From positions 2,514 through 66,513 of the forward strand of contig RQSC01001231.1 of the NCBI GenBank assembly GCA_013416795.1: a stretch of 64,000 nt of DNA, read 5' to 3'. The position numbers were made by a program, and so were the translations under genes. Position 1 is the first letter of the stretch; the number at the start of each line of letters is the position of its first letter. This document shows positions 11,201 through 23,221 of the stretch, piece by piece. The notes beneath the pieces are model-generated. The model was not told the DNA's origin and made no database searches. It saw only the letters and a list, made by a program, of their open reading frames with translations. This stretch comes from Prasinococcaceae sp. CCMP 1430 (Eukaryota > Plantae > Prasinodermophyta).

Positions 11201-13774
11201 TGCACAATCGGTGTACTGGTCGCACTCAACGGTGTCTTCGCACTTCCCTGCATCCCAGCCGCACACCTCCGTGTTGCAGACGGAATCGCACACGTCGTCG
11301 GTTTCCCAGCCCGGTGCACAGCCCGGCGCGCAGCCACCGACGCAGACGTAGTTGTCCCAGGTACAGGCCTCGTTGTCGCACTCGGGATGGCACCGCGCGT
11401 CCCAGACGTACTCGGGCAGGCAGCCTGGTGCGCAAAGGCACGCTCCGTTGTCGTACGCGCACGGGGCTACGTCGCACGCAGGGTCGCAAACGTCATTCTT
11501 GAGCAAGTCGGCCGTGCACCCGGGCGCACAATCCGGGAGGGCACAGTAGCCGTTGTCCCACGCGCACTCGTACGTGTTGCACTCATCCTGGCACACCCAA
11601 TCTTTCAGCTTTTCGTAGGTGCAGCCCGGCGAGCACTCAGGTCCCTGCGAATCATCGGGAGGGGGCGAAGGTCGCTCGCAATCATTTGCGTCCCAACCGC
11701 AGTCCTTGTTGTTGCACAGGTCATCGCACTCGCCATCCCCGAGCCACCGTTTCTGGCAGCCAGGTGAGCAGAAGTCGCAATCGCCGCCATCCCAGTCGCA
11801 GTCTGCGTTGTAGCACTCGGGGTCACACCAATGATCTCCAGGCCAGTTCCACTTGCAGCCGACCTGACACGCGTACTGGTCGTTGCACGGATCCCAGCCG
11901 TCCCCGGCGTCGAAATTGCAGCTGGCCACGTTGCACGCCTCCTGGCACACGAGGTCGTATGTCCAGCTCACTGGGCAACCAGGCGCGCATTCGGGCGCTG
12001 TCTGGCAGTCGACGCGATCGTAGTTGCCGCATGCTGGGCGCTGACACTCCCAGTCGCAAAAGCCGTCGGCAATGTAGTGCGGTGGGCACCCCGGAGCGCA
12101 CCAATCATCGCGGCTAGGGCTCGGCTGGGATGACGGACCGCCGCTGCCCGAAGGCGAGCTCGGCGGTGAAGAGGAGCCACCGGACGGCGAGGTCGGCGGC
12201 GGCGACGAGCCGCCGTACGATGGAGAGGTTGGCGGCGGCGACGATCCACCGGACGGCGAGGTTGGTGGGGGAGAACCCGACCCGGGGGGGGACGTTGGGG
12301 GTGTGCTTGCACCTCCATCATCGCCCTCGACCGGGATCTCCTCACCGCAGAACCCATCCAGTGACCCCGTCCACGGCGTCGCCGGAATGGTAGTGTTCAG
12401 GTACCACAAACGCTTGCTGCAGTCGGTGTAGTAGACGCCGCCGCGCGAGTCGCAGGCGACACCAGTCGCACGCACGTCGGTGCGCACGTCGTCCCAGGTG
12501 CCATCGCCCGTGTAGCGACGCAGCTGGCCGCCCTCGGAGTTGCTCTCAGTGACGTTGTCATTGTCCACGATCCACACACCGGCGCCGCACGCGGCGATGT
12601 CGCTGGCGTTCGCGCCGACCTTCACTAGATCGTCCTCCTCGAAGGGCGGGGGCAGTTGCCAGACGTCGCCCACCGGATCTACGTACCAGACGGTGTCGTT
12701 GCCGTCCACCGCCACGCGCTTCGCCCGCGTGAAGAAGAGCGGGGGATCCCACACGTTGAGGTCGAGGGGGCCGGACTCGCGCTTCCTGCGCAGGGGGCCG
12801 CCGCCGCCGCCGCCGAGCGTGAAGGGGTCAGCTCCTGCCGCCCACACGGACGAGTAGTCCGGTCCGCCGCAAGCGACGTCCTGGGTGCCATTCAGGCGCG
12901 GCTCGGGCACCACGCCCTCGTACGGGGGCGCCAGGCTGTGCAGACTGCCACCGTGGTTCACGAGCCACACGACGCCGCGGCCGTCGACGGCGACACGCTT
13001 GGCATGAGTCTGGTTGTACGGAGCGCTGTAGTCTTCGCAACACAGCGACTGAACCAGCGCGCCGCCCGTCTCGTTGTCCTGCTGTGAGACGGCCACCAAG
13101 GGCGAGGTGATGATGGGTGGGAGCGATGCGGAACCCTGCAGGAGCGCTGGGCCAGTCTGCGCGGGCGGCGGCGTCGCGCCGGGAGTCGTCGACAGCAGCC
13201 ACAGCTGCGTCTTGTCCGGGCCGCCAGTCGCCACCGCGTGCGCGCCCTTGTGGAGGCCACCGGTGGCGTTGGTGGGGTCAGGAGGCGGGTAGATCACGCG
13301 CGTGGCATTGTCGCACGCGCCGTCCGTCTCGCACACCGGGCACGACCACCACTCGCACGGCGGATCGATCACCGGCACGAAGTCGGGCACCGCCGGCGCG
13401 GGTGGCGGCGGGGGTGGGGGTCGCGGCGGGGGCGGAGACGCCGGCACGACGGGTGGCTTCGGAAACCCGGGTGCCGGTGTGATGACCGACTGCGGGTTCG
13501 TGGGCGGCGGACGCACGCCTGCGAAGCGCACGAATGCGCCGCGGGCGGAAGTCGGGGGTCGGTGGTAAGCGTGAGTTCATTGCATCGGCGAGTTGCGCAC
13601 GCCGTGGGCACTCAACGATGGTGGCTCACGCCAATCGCAGCGCGCGCGCGCCAGCGCTCGCGCACCTGCCGAGGTCGGTATGGGCTTGGGGAAAACTATT
13701 GGCTGCGCCAGTGCCGGCTGCCCCACCACCGCGCCTGCGGCGGCCAGGAGGAGCGCCGTCGCACGTCCCGCCAT
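8243..13774 (-). CDS. Large secreted Cys-rich repeat protein: signal peptide, Pro-rich region, beta-propeller-like repeats, 8 LNR-like repeats, many PSI-like 45-aa repeats and an acidic tail. Exons 13774-13666 and 13518-8243.
   Basis: The GT..AG intron 13665-13519 joins the signal-peptide exon (MAGRATALLLAAAGAVVGQPALAQ) in frame to the long ORF. Repeats such as CSPGCQKRWLGDGECDDLCNNKDCGWDANDC match the LNR pattern. Confidence 0.82.
8353..8520. repeat. 69-bp tandem repeat, about 2.4 copies, encoding EEEPEEEPVEASPPPEAQPEAEP
   Basis: Units start at 8353, 8422 and 8491. Confidence 0.9.
8700..10900. repeat. Two arrays of near-identical coding repeats of about 135 bp (45 aa), at about 8700-9650 and 10420-10900
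   Basis: Repeated unit CPAPVCGDYKSCDACTPWDGCVWWNGQCQQDTCDGKDDCYSGEDI; offset of 135 between 10441 and 10576. Confidence 0.92.
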
Positions 13775-14514
13775 CGCCTCCGGCTAGAACCGCGTGCTCG
13801 ATGCTCTCTTGCTGTCTCCTGTATCTCTCACTCCGTCTCCCTCTGTGCGTGCGTGCGTGAAGTCGTGTGTGCGTGTGTGCGTGTCCCTCCGACGTGCGCT
13901 CCTCCGAGCCGCGACGCCTCGCGCGGCGCCGGCGCCGCCCCCGCGGCGCGACCGCACGCCGCGCGCGCCGCGCGCGCCACCCGCGCGGCGTTCGCGCCGC
14001 CGATCGGAAGCTGTGCAGCGCACTCGAAAAACAGTGAGCAAAACGGCTGCGATGTGCTGCAGATACGCACCCGCATGCTCAATGCGCCTGTGCTGTGCAG
14101 CACCCGCGCCCCATCCCATCCCCCGTCCCCATCTCAGCCCGCTGAGCACCCCGCGCCCGTCGCGTGCGCGTGCGCGGCGCAGCACGCACGCGCGGTCGCG
14201 CGCACCCTCCTGCATGCATGTGCATGCACACGTCTGTGGGCGCGAGGCGGCTGCGCGTAGCTTCCAAGGTGGGTGGGGTGGCGAGGGCCTGTCTGGTTAC
14301 GCGGTTACGCGCCGGGTGCCGCGCTGCGCTGCGCGCGCGCGCGCCGCGTGCGCTGCTGGCGATTTCCGCGCGCGCGGTCAACCGCCGCGCAGCGCTGCCC
14401 GGATTCGGTTGGGCCTGTAAGTCAACGCCCGATGGAAGAAGGCCCCATCGACCAATAAAAAAGATCGGATCGAGACCTGGGGCAATCGGTACGGTCCCAG
14501 ACAACGTTTGAGAA

Positions 14515-14760
14515 ACACGTTGGCGGCTGGGGGCCCACGAGGGGGGGGGGGGGGGGGGGCGCACTGGCGCGAGGGAGGCACTGTGGTGTGGCACACGGCA
14601 GGGGAGACGAGCGCGCGCACCACACAGTCACGTGTGATAGACACGTTGGCGGCTGGGGCCCCACGAGGAGGGGGGGGTGGCGCTGGCGTGGGGGAGGCGC
14701 TGTGGTGTGGCACACACGGTAGGAGAGAACAGGGCGCGCACCACACAGTCGTTCTTATGT
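14515..14760. repeat. Two diverged units of about 125 bp with G-tracts and a CTGTGGTGTG...CACCACACAG core
   Basis: CACGTTGGCGGCTGGGG starts at about 14516 and 14642, and the core recurs at about 15277. Confidence 0.75.
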
Positions 14761-15838
14761 GAGGCGCATGTCGCGCGCCCAGGGCGAGAGCGCATGCTAC
14801 GGTACCTGAGCGAGCGTGGGAAGGCTGCGCGTGCGGCAGCGAACGCGCCAACGATGGCAACGATCTCCATCCGACCCCGGGCGAGCGCGTCCAGGCCGGC
14901 TAGCCGTTGCCGGTAGGCGTGCTCGAGGTGGGTGCGAGCTTCCCGCCGTCTGGTTGCTCCTTGCGCGCGCTGTTCGACGCCTTCCCCTCCGGCATCGCGG
15001 TGGCTTCAGCGAAGAAACTCCGGCCGCTCGGCCCGTGCCATTGGTACATTTCGCCTGGCCACTGCGCAAGAGAGATCAGTCGTCGTTGGCCATCCGCCCG
15101 CGCGCAGCGCCCAGAGAGTGCCCCAGCAGGCCGACGATGCGGCACGCGCGCACGCGCGCACACGCCACACCAGCGTCAGCACGGGGGAGGGGGGCTCGTG
15201 CCGGCAAGTGCTAGTGGGCTCGCGACTATCGAGCGCACGCCAAACGGATGTCACGCAGACCGGCGTGGGGGAGGCGCTGTGGTGTGGCACACACGGTAGG
15301 AGAGAACAGGGCGCGCACCACACAGTCGTTCTTATGTGAGGCGCATGTCGCGCGCCCAGGGCGAGAGCGCATGCTACGGTACCTGAGCGAGCGTGGGAAG
15401 GCTGCGCGTGCGGCAGCGAACGCGCCAACGATGGCAACGATCTCCATCCGACCCCGGGCGAGCGCGTCCAGGCCGGCTAGCCGTTGCCGGTAGGCGTGCT
15501 CGAGGTGGGTGCGAGCTTCCCGCCGTCTGGTTGCTCCTTGCGCGCGCTGTTCGACGCCTTCCCCTCCGGCATCGCGGTGGCTTCAGCGAAGAAACTCCGG
15601 CCGCTCGGCCCGTGCCATTGGTACATTTCGCCTGGCCACTGCGCAAGAGAGATCAGTCGTCGTTGGCCATCCGCCCGCGCGCAGCGCCCAGAGAGTGCCC
15701 CAGCAGGCCGACGATGCGGCACGCGCGCACGCGCGCACACGCCACACCAGCGTCAGCACGGGGGAGGGGGGCTCGTGCCGGCAAGTGCTAGTGGGCTCGC
15801 GACTATCGAGCGCACGCCAAACGGATGTCACGCAGACC
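14685..15838. repeat. 577-bp head-to-tail tandem duplication (14685-15261 and 15262-15838)
   Basis: Identical ORF pairs at an offset of 577 (for example 14797/15374 and 14900/15477). Confidence 0.95.
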
Positions 15839-17647
15839 GTCTTGGCGTGCGCTGCGCGCCAGCGAACGCCGTCATCACAGGCTGGCACGTACCTCATCCT
15901 CGGGCACTCGGTGAATGGCGGCGAGATATCCGCGGAACTCGAAGTTATCCGCGTCGTCGGCAGCGTCCGCGCGCTGCATGCAGCACTCGGGCAGCAGAAG
16001 CCCCGTGAGACCCACTCCGAGGCGAGGGGGGGAAATCGGAGTCGAGGCTCCGTGCTGCTGAGGCCCCTGGCCCGCGTGGTCTCCGTCGTCGCTCGTGCGC
16101 CCCCCTACCTGCCTCACTACCGAATGCGCGGCCACGTTGAGGTTGGCGCAGAGGCATGTTTGCCGCCATGGCGCGTCGATGCCACTTGCGTACACCTCAA
16201 CGCGGTTCTGTGGCCTGTCGCGCAACCATATGAGCGTGCCGTGGTGCTGGTAATTGATCATCGGCAGGCGAGGAACTACGTCGCCGCGGTGCACGAAGCG
16301 GAAACCGCGCAGCTGGGAAAACGAATCAAGCTCCGAGACAAAGTCGGGCGAACCCACGCGGGGGGCGCCGAAGGTGAACAGGTTGACGTGCACATCTTCG
16401 GGAATGATCGCCAGCCTGAGCAGCCTGTAGGCCAGGATCGTGGCGAGCGCGCCCCCCAGGCTGTGTCCCATGAGGTACAGGTCAAATTCCGGATTTTGCG
16501 TGGTGAGCTCCGAAATGCGGAGCTCGAGCTCCTTCGCGACTCCGCCGAAATAGTACGCACGATGAAAGCCTTCGTGCACGCGCGGACCCTTGGAGCCACG
16601 CCTGTTCGCCACGCCAGTCTTGAGCGCGGACACATCAACACGGAGATTGGCGGCCGAGTCCGTGCCCCTGAAGACTACCATGATTGCGCGCAATGCGTGC
16701 GATGTGACGATGAGTGCGTTGACATCGGTCTCATCTTTCACTGACTTTGCCGTTGCAACGTACCATGCCCTGTCCGCGACGTGCCTCTGCCAGTTTTCCA
16801 AGGCAGGCAACACTGTGTAAGCAATAGTGCTGAGTGGCTCGACATCGAAGCCACGAGCGAAGTTGCGCAGCCGGCGCGCGGTGCATTCCTGAGTCGGATG
16901 ATCGTCGGCACCCAGCAGCGAAGGAGGCGAGCCGCTGGGCTCACGCCGCGTGCTCGCGCGCTGCTGCTGCGGGGCCTGCGTCGCGTTCTCGTCCCCTCCG
17001 CTGCTCTCAGCTCCTCGCGTCGCCGCCACGAGCATTTCGTACTGAGTGTCACCACAAGATGCATCGCCCTCCTTATCGAGCTGCACAATGTCACCGTATT
17101 TGTCGATGAATCCGTCCTCGGTGTAATAATATATGACATTGGAGAGGAGGCAGCACAGCAGGCAGATGTCTTTGGGCGGCACCTGAGGAGGGAGCCGCTT
17201 CCCATGCCAGATGCCTGCCTGGAAGTGGCTTTGCCTGTTGCGGAACGCGATGGACCCGCCCTCGCGCCAGATCGAGCCAATGCACCCACGCCACATCTCG
17301 CGGATGAGACGCCAAGGAACGGCGAGAACGCCGAAAGTCGTGCGGAGCTTGGCTATCGTCTCGGAACCTGCCGAAGCTTCCTCCATGATGTCACCCTCCT
17401 CTTGCTGACGACGCAGCTGGCGCGCTCGCCGCATGGAACGCGCGATGTAGTCCGAGTTTGCACCGGTGTCCCCACCACCGTCACTGCCGTCATCGTCTCC
17501 GGCCCTGCGACGTCTCGCCCTGTCGGCGCGTGCTTCATCGATCGCCTCGGCGACGGCGCTGACTTCGGGCGACGCGATGCGAACAGCCGCAGCGGCTGTT
17601 TCTACGACGGCACCTCCGACACGCGCCGCGGCTCGCCCCGCCCTCAT
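15477..17647 (-). CDS. Class 3 lipase (alpha/beta hydrolase), with a probable terminal exon at 15638-15477
   Basis: Motifs VVFRGTDS, VHEGF, GHSLGG, FGAPRVG and DVVPRLP. Donor GAG|GTACGT at 15892 and a phase-compatible acceptor ACTGATCTCTCTTGCGCAG ending at 15639. Confidence 0.88.
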
Positions 17648-18924
17648 GATGGCCCACGCACAGCCTCGCCACGCGCTCGGGTCTCTCCCCCGGCCACTGG
17701 CGGCCAGTCACCCCCCAGTCACCCTCGCGGCGCCCGCCGTTTGCACGCAAAAATCCTGCGCCGCGCCGCGCGGCGCGGCGCCGGCCCCGCCCCGCGGCCT
17801 CGCCGCCTCGANACGCCCATCCGCGCCCCGCGGCCCGCGGCCCCGCCACGGCTGGCGCAGCCCCCGCAAGCGCCGCCGCGCGCCGTAGGCGCTGTGGCGC
17901 GCCCGCTGCCAGAGCGCCCGCGCGCGCGTCCAAAGCTACGTCCGTCGAAAAACGAACCCTAACCCAAATTCCAGCGCCCCGCCGGGACGGTCCCTCTCAA
18001 ACAAAGCCTCGATCCTGAGCCTGGCGTACTGATGGTAACACATCCATGTGGCTCCCGCAACCGTAACCTCCGACATGCTTCCATTCGTTTTGATGGGACG
18101 CCGCCCACTCTCACGGCGGTGCGTGAGGACACCGAGCCGCCGCCATTGTGTTTTAGGGCGAGCGCCCGGGGGTGCTCGTGAGGGTGTGCGCGGGGCGGGG
18201 GGCGCCACAGCTCGCGCGAGCGCTGCGGCGCGCGCGTTGGCTGTCACGTCGGCCGCGATGGGAGCGTAGGTAGGCCCGGAGGGCGCGAGCTCTCGCGCCG
18301 GCGCTCTCGCTCGCTCGCTCGCGCGCGGCGCGGCGCGGCGCGGCGGGAGGCGGGCTTTCGGCCGGTGCCGCGCCGCCTCATGCAGGGCCGCCGCGCACGA
18401 CCGAGCGCCGAGAGCTGGTGGGCGCGGCGGTCCGCCGCGGGCAGTGAGCGCCGTCGTCAGGTGCGTGTCCCGCCGCGCGCAGAAGCAGCGACAGCGGCGA
18501 CCGACGCCCGCAGTGATGACATACACTATTTTGCCGATTTCCCACTGAGGCCCTCGGGCCAGTGTCGACACAGTAGTATAAATCGTCTGAGCACAAGCAC
18601 TCGCACGCCTCTTTGTTCCCCCTCTCTCTCTCGCGCTCTCTCGCGTGTGCGCGAGAGAAAGCGAGAGAGCGAAAGAGAGAGTCAGAGCCCGCCCCGTGCG
18701 CATCGAGCTCGCCCCGCGCATGCACTGACCCCGCACGCCGCCCTCATGGCCGTCGCGCGCTCGCATAGGGACCTGCATATGAGGCGGCCGGCCGCCGAAT
18801 GGCGCTGGCACCGTCGGCGCAGCTGCCGAGGCCGCGATCGCCGCTGGCGCCTCTGTGCATGCCGTGCCGACACATCTTCGCGCGCATGTTGTAAAATGTC
18901 AAAGTATCATATTACACGGAGCAC

Positions 18925-21783
18925 TCAGACAGGGGCGGGCGTCGCCTTGATCGCGCAGCGCAGCGCCCTCGCCTTCAGCAGCATCTCCTCGTGCTCCTCC
19001 TCGGGGTCGCTGAGCGCGACGACGGCCCCACCCGCACCGATGCGCATGCTGCCATCTTCGCCGAGCATCACCGTGCGGATGACGATGTTGAGGTCGGCCG
19101 CGCCGCACGCAGAGAAGTAGCCAAGCGCGCCGCTGTACGGCCCACGCGGGGCGCGCTCGATGTGGTCGATGATGTCCATAGTGCGCAGCTTGGGCGCGCC
19201 CGTCATGGAGCCGCCAGGAAAGGACGCGCGCGTGCACTCGACTGCGCACATGTCCGGTCGGAGCGCGCCGCGCACGGTGCTCACCATCTGGTGCACCGAA
19301 GCGAACGATTCGATGTCGAACAGCTTGCCCTTGGGCACGTGCACCGAGCCCGGCACGCACACGCGCGCGAGATCATTGCGAAGCAGGTCGACGATCATGA
19401 GATTCTCCGCGCGGTCCTTCTCACTCGACTGCAGCGCCGCGCGCGACTCCTCGTCGTCCGCCTCGTCTGGGTGGCGCGCCGCGGTGCCCTTGATGGGCTT
19501 GGCCTCCACGGTACCGTCGCGCGCGATGCGCAGGAAGCGCTCGGGCGACGAGCAGCACAGCACCGTCGAGCCGCGGCCGCCGTGTACGTACGCGGCGTAC
19601 GGGGCCGGGTTGTACCCGCGGAGCTCACGGTAGAGCTGCAGCGGGTGCAGCTGCTGCGCGCCGCCATGCTCAGGCGTCGGCACCTCCATGGAGGTCGTCA
19701 AGCACACCTCGTAAGTCTCGCCAGCGGCAATCTTTCGCAAACAGGCGCTGACGTCCGCCATGTACTCGTCGCGCGACCGGCGAACGTTCACGGCAGCCAG
19801 CGGCGCTTTCGAACTGTCCTTGCGGCTGATGGGCAGCGGCGCGGGGCGTGGCTCCATGGACTCAATCGCCCGGCACGTCGACTCGACCCATCGCGCAGCA
19901 GCGTCCGCACTCGCGCACTCCCACGCGCTCGCACTCACGCCCACCTCCGCAGCGGCTCTCGCATGCGCGCTTCCCTCGCCGCACTCGTTCTCATCCGCGG
20001 CCGCACGCGCGCGGTGCATCGCCACAGCGTACACGTCGCCGTTGGTGTGGTCAACCGCCACGAAACGGTCTGCAAAGGCGAAGGATGCATCGGGACCGAC
20101 GTCGTACCGCCGCGAGAGCACCGCGCCGCACTCCGCGCGCATCTCGTACCCCAGGTGGCCCACGAAGCCGCCGCTAAACTCGAACGGCAGGGCGTCTTCC
20201 GGCGCGCACGCAAGCGCGGACAGCGAAAGCCGCAGGTGCGACAGCATTCCGTCTTCGAGCCGTGTGCGCTCCTCGACGAACGTCTGTGGACCTCCTGCCG
20301 CGGCGCGCGCATCGGACAGGCGCACCGTGCGGAGCGTGCCGCCCGGGACGCGGTCGTTGGCGCCGTTGACAGAGCTCGTCGGCGCGCCGTCGCACCGCTG
20401 CTGCGCAATCGCCGGCTTTTGCTTTTGTTGTTGGTGCTGCTGTTGCTGCTGCTGCTGCTGCTCTGTCCGCGCGCCTTCATCGTCGCTGGGCTCCTCAGAA
20501 GCGTCCGGGGGATCGAGCGAGAAGTGGAGCGCGTGCCAGAGCGGACCATCCGCGCCGCCCATGAAAGAGAAGCGCGCGCGCTGACCCGCGGTGCAAGAGC
20601 TGTCCAGCCAGAACGTGTGCTCGCCCACGCCGCCGCCGCGGCCGGCGTAAAGACCCTCGTAGAGCGCCTGGCTCCCGCCGCAGCGGTCGAGCGCTCGGTG
20701 CAGCCGCCGCCACGCCAGCCGCAACGGCGCCCCCCTTCCCGCGTGCCGCTTCTCGGCCACTCTCGCCGCCGCCGCCGCCACCGTGGCGGCCTCGCCCCGA
20801 AGCGCATTCGTGCCCGACTGACCCAGCTCGACGTCCGCGGCGGCGGGCGCATGCGCCTCGTCCTCGGCACAGCACTCGCCGCTCTGGCCGCCGCCGGACG
20901 CGGGGCCGAGCGCGGGCGCGGACTCGGGGGCTGGCGCGGACGCGCTGCCACCGCCGGCGCCAGCGCCGGCGCTGCCCTTCGCATCGTCCTCCTCCTGGCG
21001 TGGGCGTTTCAGCGGCGCACCGCCCGCCGGCGAGCCGAGAGGCGAGGCCGAGGCGGTGCGCCATGCGTCGCGCGGATCAGCTCCCCTCGCGGAGGCGGTG
21101 AGACGCAGGTGTCGGCACGCGAACGCGCAGAAGTTGGCGAACATCGCCTCGCCGAACTCGGTGGCAACGCTCTCCGGGTGGAACTGCACACCGAAGTGCG
21201 GCCTGGACGTGTGCTCCATCGCCATGATGAGCGTTTCGCTGCCACTTCCCGGCGCGGCCGTGCGCGCAGTCACGCGCAGGCACGCGGGCAGCGTGCTCTC
21301 GTCGACCACCAGCGAGTGGTAGCGCACGGCGGCGAAGCCGTCCGGCAGGCCGGCGAATATGCCCGTGCCAGCGTGGTGCACCGGGGAGATGCGCCCGTGG
21401 CACGGCTCAGGGGCGCGCACGACGCGCGCGCCGTGCGCGGCTCCGAGCGCCTGGTGGCCGAAGCACACGCCTAGGATGGGCACGTCGACCGCGCGCCGCA
21501 GGAGCTCGACGACCACGCCAGCGTCGTCGGCGCACTCCGGCGTGCCGGGCCCCGGCCCGATCACCACCGCGTCGTACTGGCGGGGCCCCACCCCGCCGCC
21601 GTCGCCCGCCCCGCAGCCGAGCGCCGCGAGCGTGTCCGCGGCGTCGAGCGCATCGTTGCGCACGACGTGCGGCGGCGCGCCATTGACCGCCGCGAGCGTG
21701 TGCGCGACGTTGTACGTGTAGCTGTCGTAGTTGTCGATGAGCAGCACGCGCAGCGGCCGCACGGGCGCCGCGCGCTTCGACAT
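18925..21783 (-). CDS. ADCS: Aminodeoxychorismate synthase (PabA-PabB fusion, folate biosynthesis)
   Basis: LLIDNYDSYTYN, IGPGPG, GVCFGHQ, RYHSL and GVQFHPES (GATase); GETYEVCL, SSPERFL, KPIKGT, AENLMIVDLLRND and PGGSMTGAPK (chorismate-binding domain). A poly-Gln tract lies near 20430-20462. Confidence 0.95.
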   Translation of the reverse strand: MSKRAAPVRPLRVLLIDNYDSYTYNVAHTLAAVNGAPPHVVRNDALDAADTLAALGCGAGDGGGVGPRQYDAVVIGPGPGTPECADDAGVVVELLRRAVDVPILGVCFGHQALGAAHGARVVRAPEPCHGRISPVHHAGTGIFAGLPDGFAAVRYHSLVVDESTLPACLRVTARTAAPGSGSETLIMAMEHTSRPHFGVQFHPESVATEFGEAMFANFCAFACRHLRLTASARGADPRDAWRTASASPLGSPAGGAPLKRPRQEEDDAKGSAGAGAGGGSASAPAPESAPALGPASGGGQSGECCAEDEAHAPAAADVELGQSGTNALRGEAATVAAAAARVAEKRHAGRGAPLRLAWRRLHRALDRCGGSQALYEGLYAGRGGGVGEHTFWLDSSCTAGQRARFSFMGGADGPLWHALHFSLDPPDASEEPSDDEGARTEQQQQQQQQHQQQKQKPAIAQQRCDGAPTSSVNGANDRVPGGTLRTVRLSDARAAAGGPQTFVEERTRLEDGMLSHLRLSLSALACAPEDALPFEFSGGFVGHLGYEMRAECGAVLSRRYDVGPDASFAFADRFVAVDHTNGDVYAVAMHRARAAADENECGEGSAHARAAAEVGVSASAWECASADAAARWVESTCRAIESMEPRPAPLPISRKDSSKAPLAAVNVRRSRDEYMADVSACLRKIAAGETYEVCLTTSMEVPTPEHGGAQQLHPLQLYRELRGYNPAPYAAYVHGGRGSTVLCCSSPERFLRIARDGTVEAKPIKGTAARHPDEADDEESRAALQSSEKDRAENLMIVDLLRNDLARVCVPGSVHVPKGKLFDIESFASVHQMVSTVRGALRPDMCAVECTRASFPGGSMTGAPKLRTMDIIDHIERAPRGPYSGALGYFSACGAADLNIVIRTVMLGEDGSMRIGAGGAVVALSDPEEEHEEMLLKARALRCAIKATPAPV

Positions 21784-22543
21784 CGCCGCGCGGGTACGCA
21801 GCCTCAGCCGCCACCGGCGCGCGCACTGGCGCCCGGCCGCGGATGGACCCGCCTGGATCCACCCTCGCGCCGGCGGCGCGCACCTCGCCAGCCCCGCATC
21901 CCACCCCTTCTCCCTCCCCCTCCCTCCAGCTCTCCCCTTCCCTCCCCTCCCCCAGGGTCGCTCCCGGCGGCGGCCCCGGCCTCTCGCACGCGCGCGGCGG
22001 CTGCGCGCTCGCTCGCGCGGGCCGGGCCGGCCATCAAAACGCACCCCCAGACGCACATATATCAAACCCTATAAAGCGATTGTACCCTATCCACAAAACC
22101 TCAACGGCACACCACCTCCCATCGTGTGTCGCCACGTAGGTTCGTGCGCACGGCCCAGCCATCAGACGGGCCTCCTGGGCGCCCCGCGAGACGCGCCTGA
22201 CGTAACACACAACAAAACCAACATCAACCCTAAAATAAAAAACCTTAAAACGAAACCTAAACAGGCGCTCCGTTCGGCGCGGGAGGTCGCCACACCCCTG
22301 CGCGTCGAATCGACGCTGTGGTTCCGGTCTGATGATGGGGGAGCCCGCCTCATCCCGGGGGTACCGATCGGTCCCCCGAGTCAGAACCGGAGGTGTCGCC
22401 GTCTGTTCGGGTTGCGTTGGCCTGGTGCGCCGATGGGGATGGGAGGTGCGTTGGCGTCGGTTGTCGGCCGGGGCCGCTGAGTCAGCGCGGCGGCGAGCGC
22501 TGCTGCGCGCAGCGACGCCGTAACCGCCGCGGGCGCGGGCGCA

Positions 22544-23221
22544 ATGGTCTCTGCCGGTGCAGCGGTGCTGTGCAGGTCGTGCAGGTCGACGAGCGCGCGC
22601 CGCGGCGGGTGCCAGGTGCGCGCGATGAGCGCGGCGATGTCGCCCGCGGGGCGCCCCACGAGCATGCACCTGTGCCTGCCCTTCTCGAGGGTGTGCGTCG
22701 ACGTGCCGCGCCCGGGCGGGCGCGCCGCTCGCCGGGCGGGCGTCGTCACCGCGGGCGTTGCGGCGGTGTGCGGCGTGGTCGCGCTTGGCAGTGGCCACAA
22801 GTCGCCGCACACCTACGGCTACGCGCCAGCCTTCGCCGAATTCGAGCGCGAGCGCCGCGAACGGAGCAAGCGCCAGAAGTTCGAGCGCGAGCGGCGCGAG
22901 CGGAGCCGGCGAAAGGCGGCCGAGGCTGAGCTCATGAGCGCCATCGAGCATCAGCTCGACGGCATCGTTCCGGGTCAGGGCAAACGCCAGCGTGCCGAGC
23001 TGCGCGGCATCGACCACTCCCTCGACCTGGTTCCGCTCTTCGTGCCGTCGATGGGCGTGTACGTGCCGGCGACGCTGCCCGCGTGGGCGGCGTCCTTCCA
23101 CCACGCGAACTTCGACGATCTCGGCCACCTGCCGATGTTCGGAGTCGAGGTCGCCGACGACGCGCACCATCACCACACGCAGACGGCCTATCAGCACAGC
23201 GGACGCGCGGCGAAAAAGTAG
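22544..23221 (+). CDS. Hypothetical protein with a hydrophobic segment followed by a charged coiled-coil
   Basis: Strong GC3 codon bias in the 3' half (FAEFERERRERSKRQKFERERRER...). No family recognised; 5' structure uncertain. Confidence 0.5.
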   Translation: MVSAGAAVLCRSCRSTSARRGGCQVRAMSAAMSPAGRPTSMHLCLPFSRVCVDVPRPGGRAARRAGVVTAGVAAVCGVVALGSGHKSPHTYGYAPAFAEFERERRERSKRQKFERERRERSRRKAAEAELMSAIEHQLDGIVPGQGKRQRAELRGIDHSLDLVPLFVPSMGVYVPATLPAWAASFHHANFDDLGHLPMFGVEVADDAHHHHTQTAYQHSGRAAKK

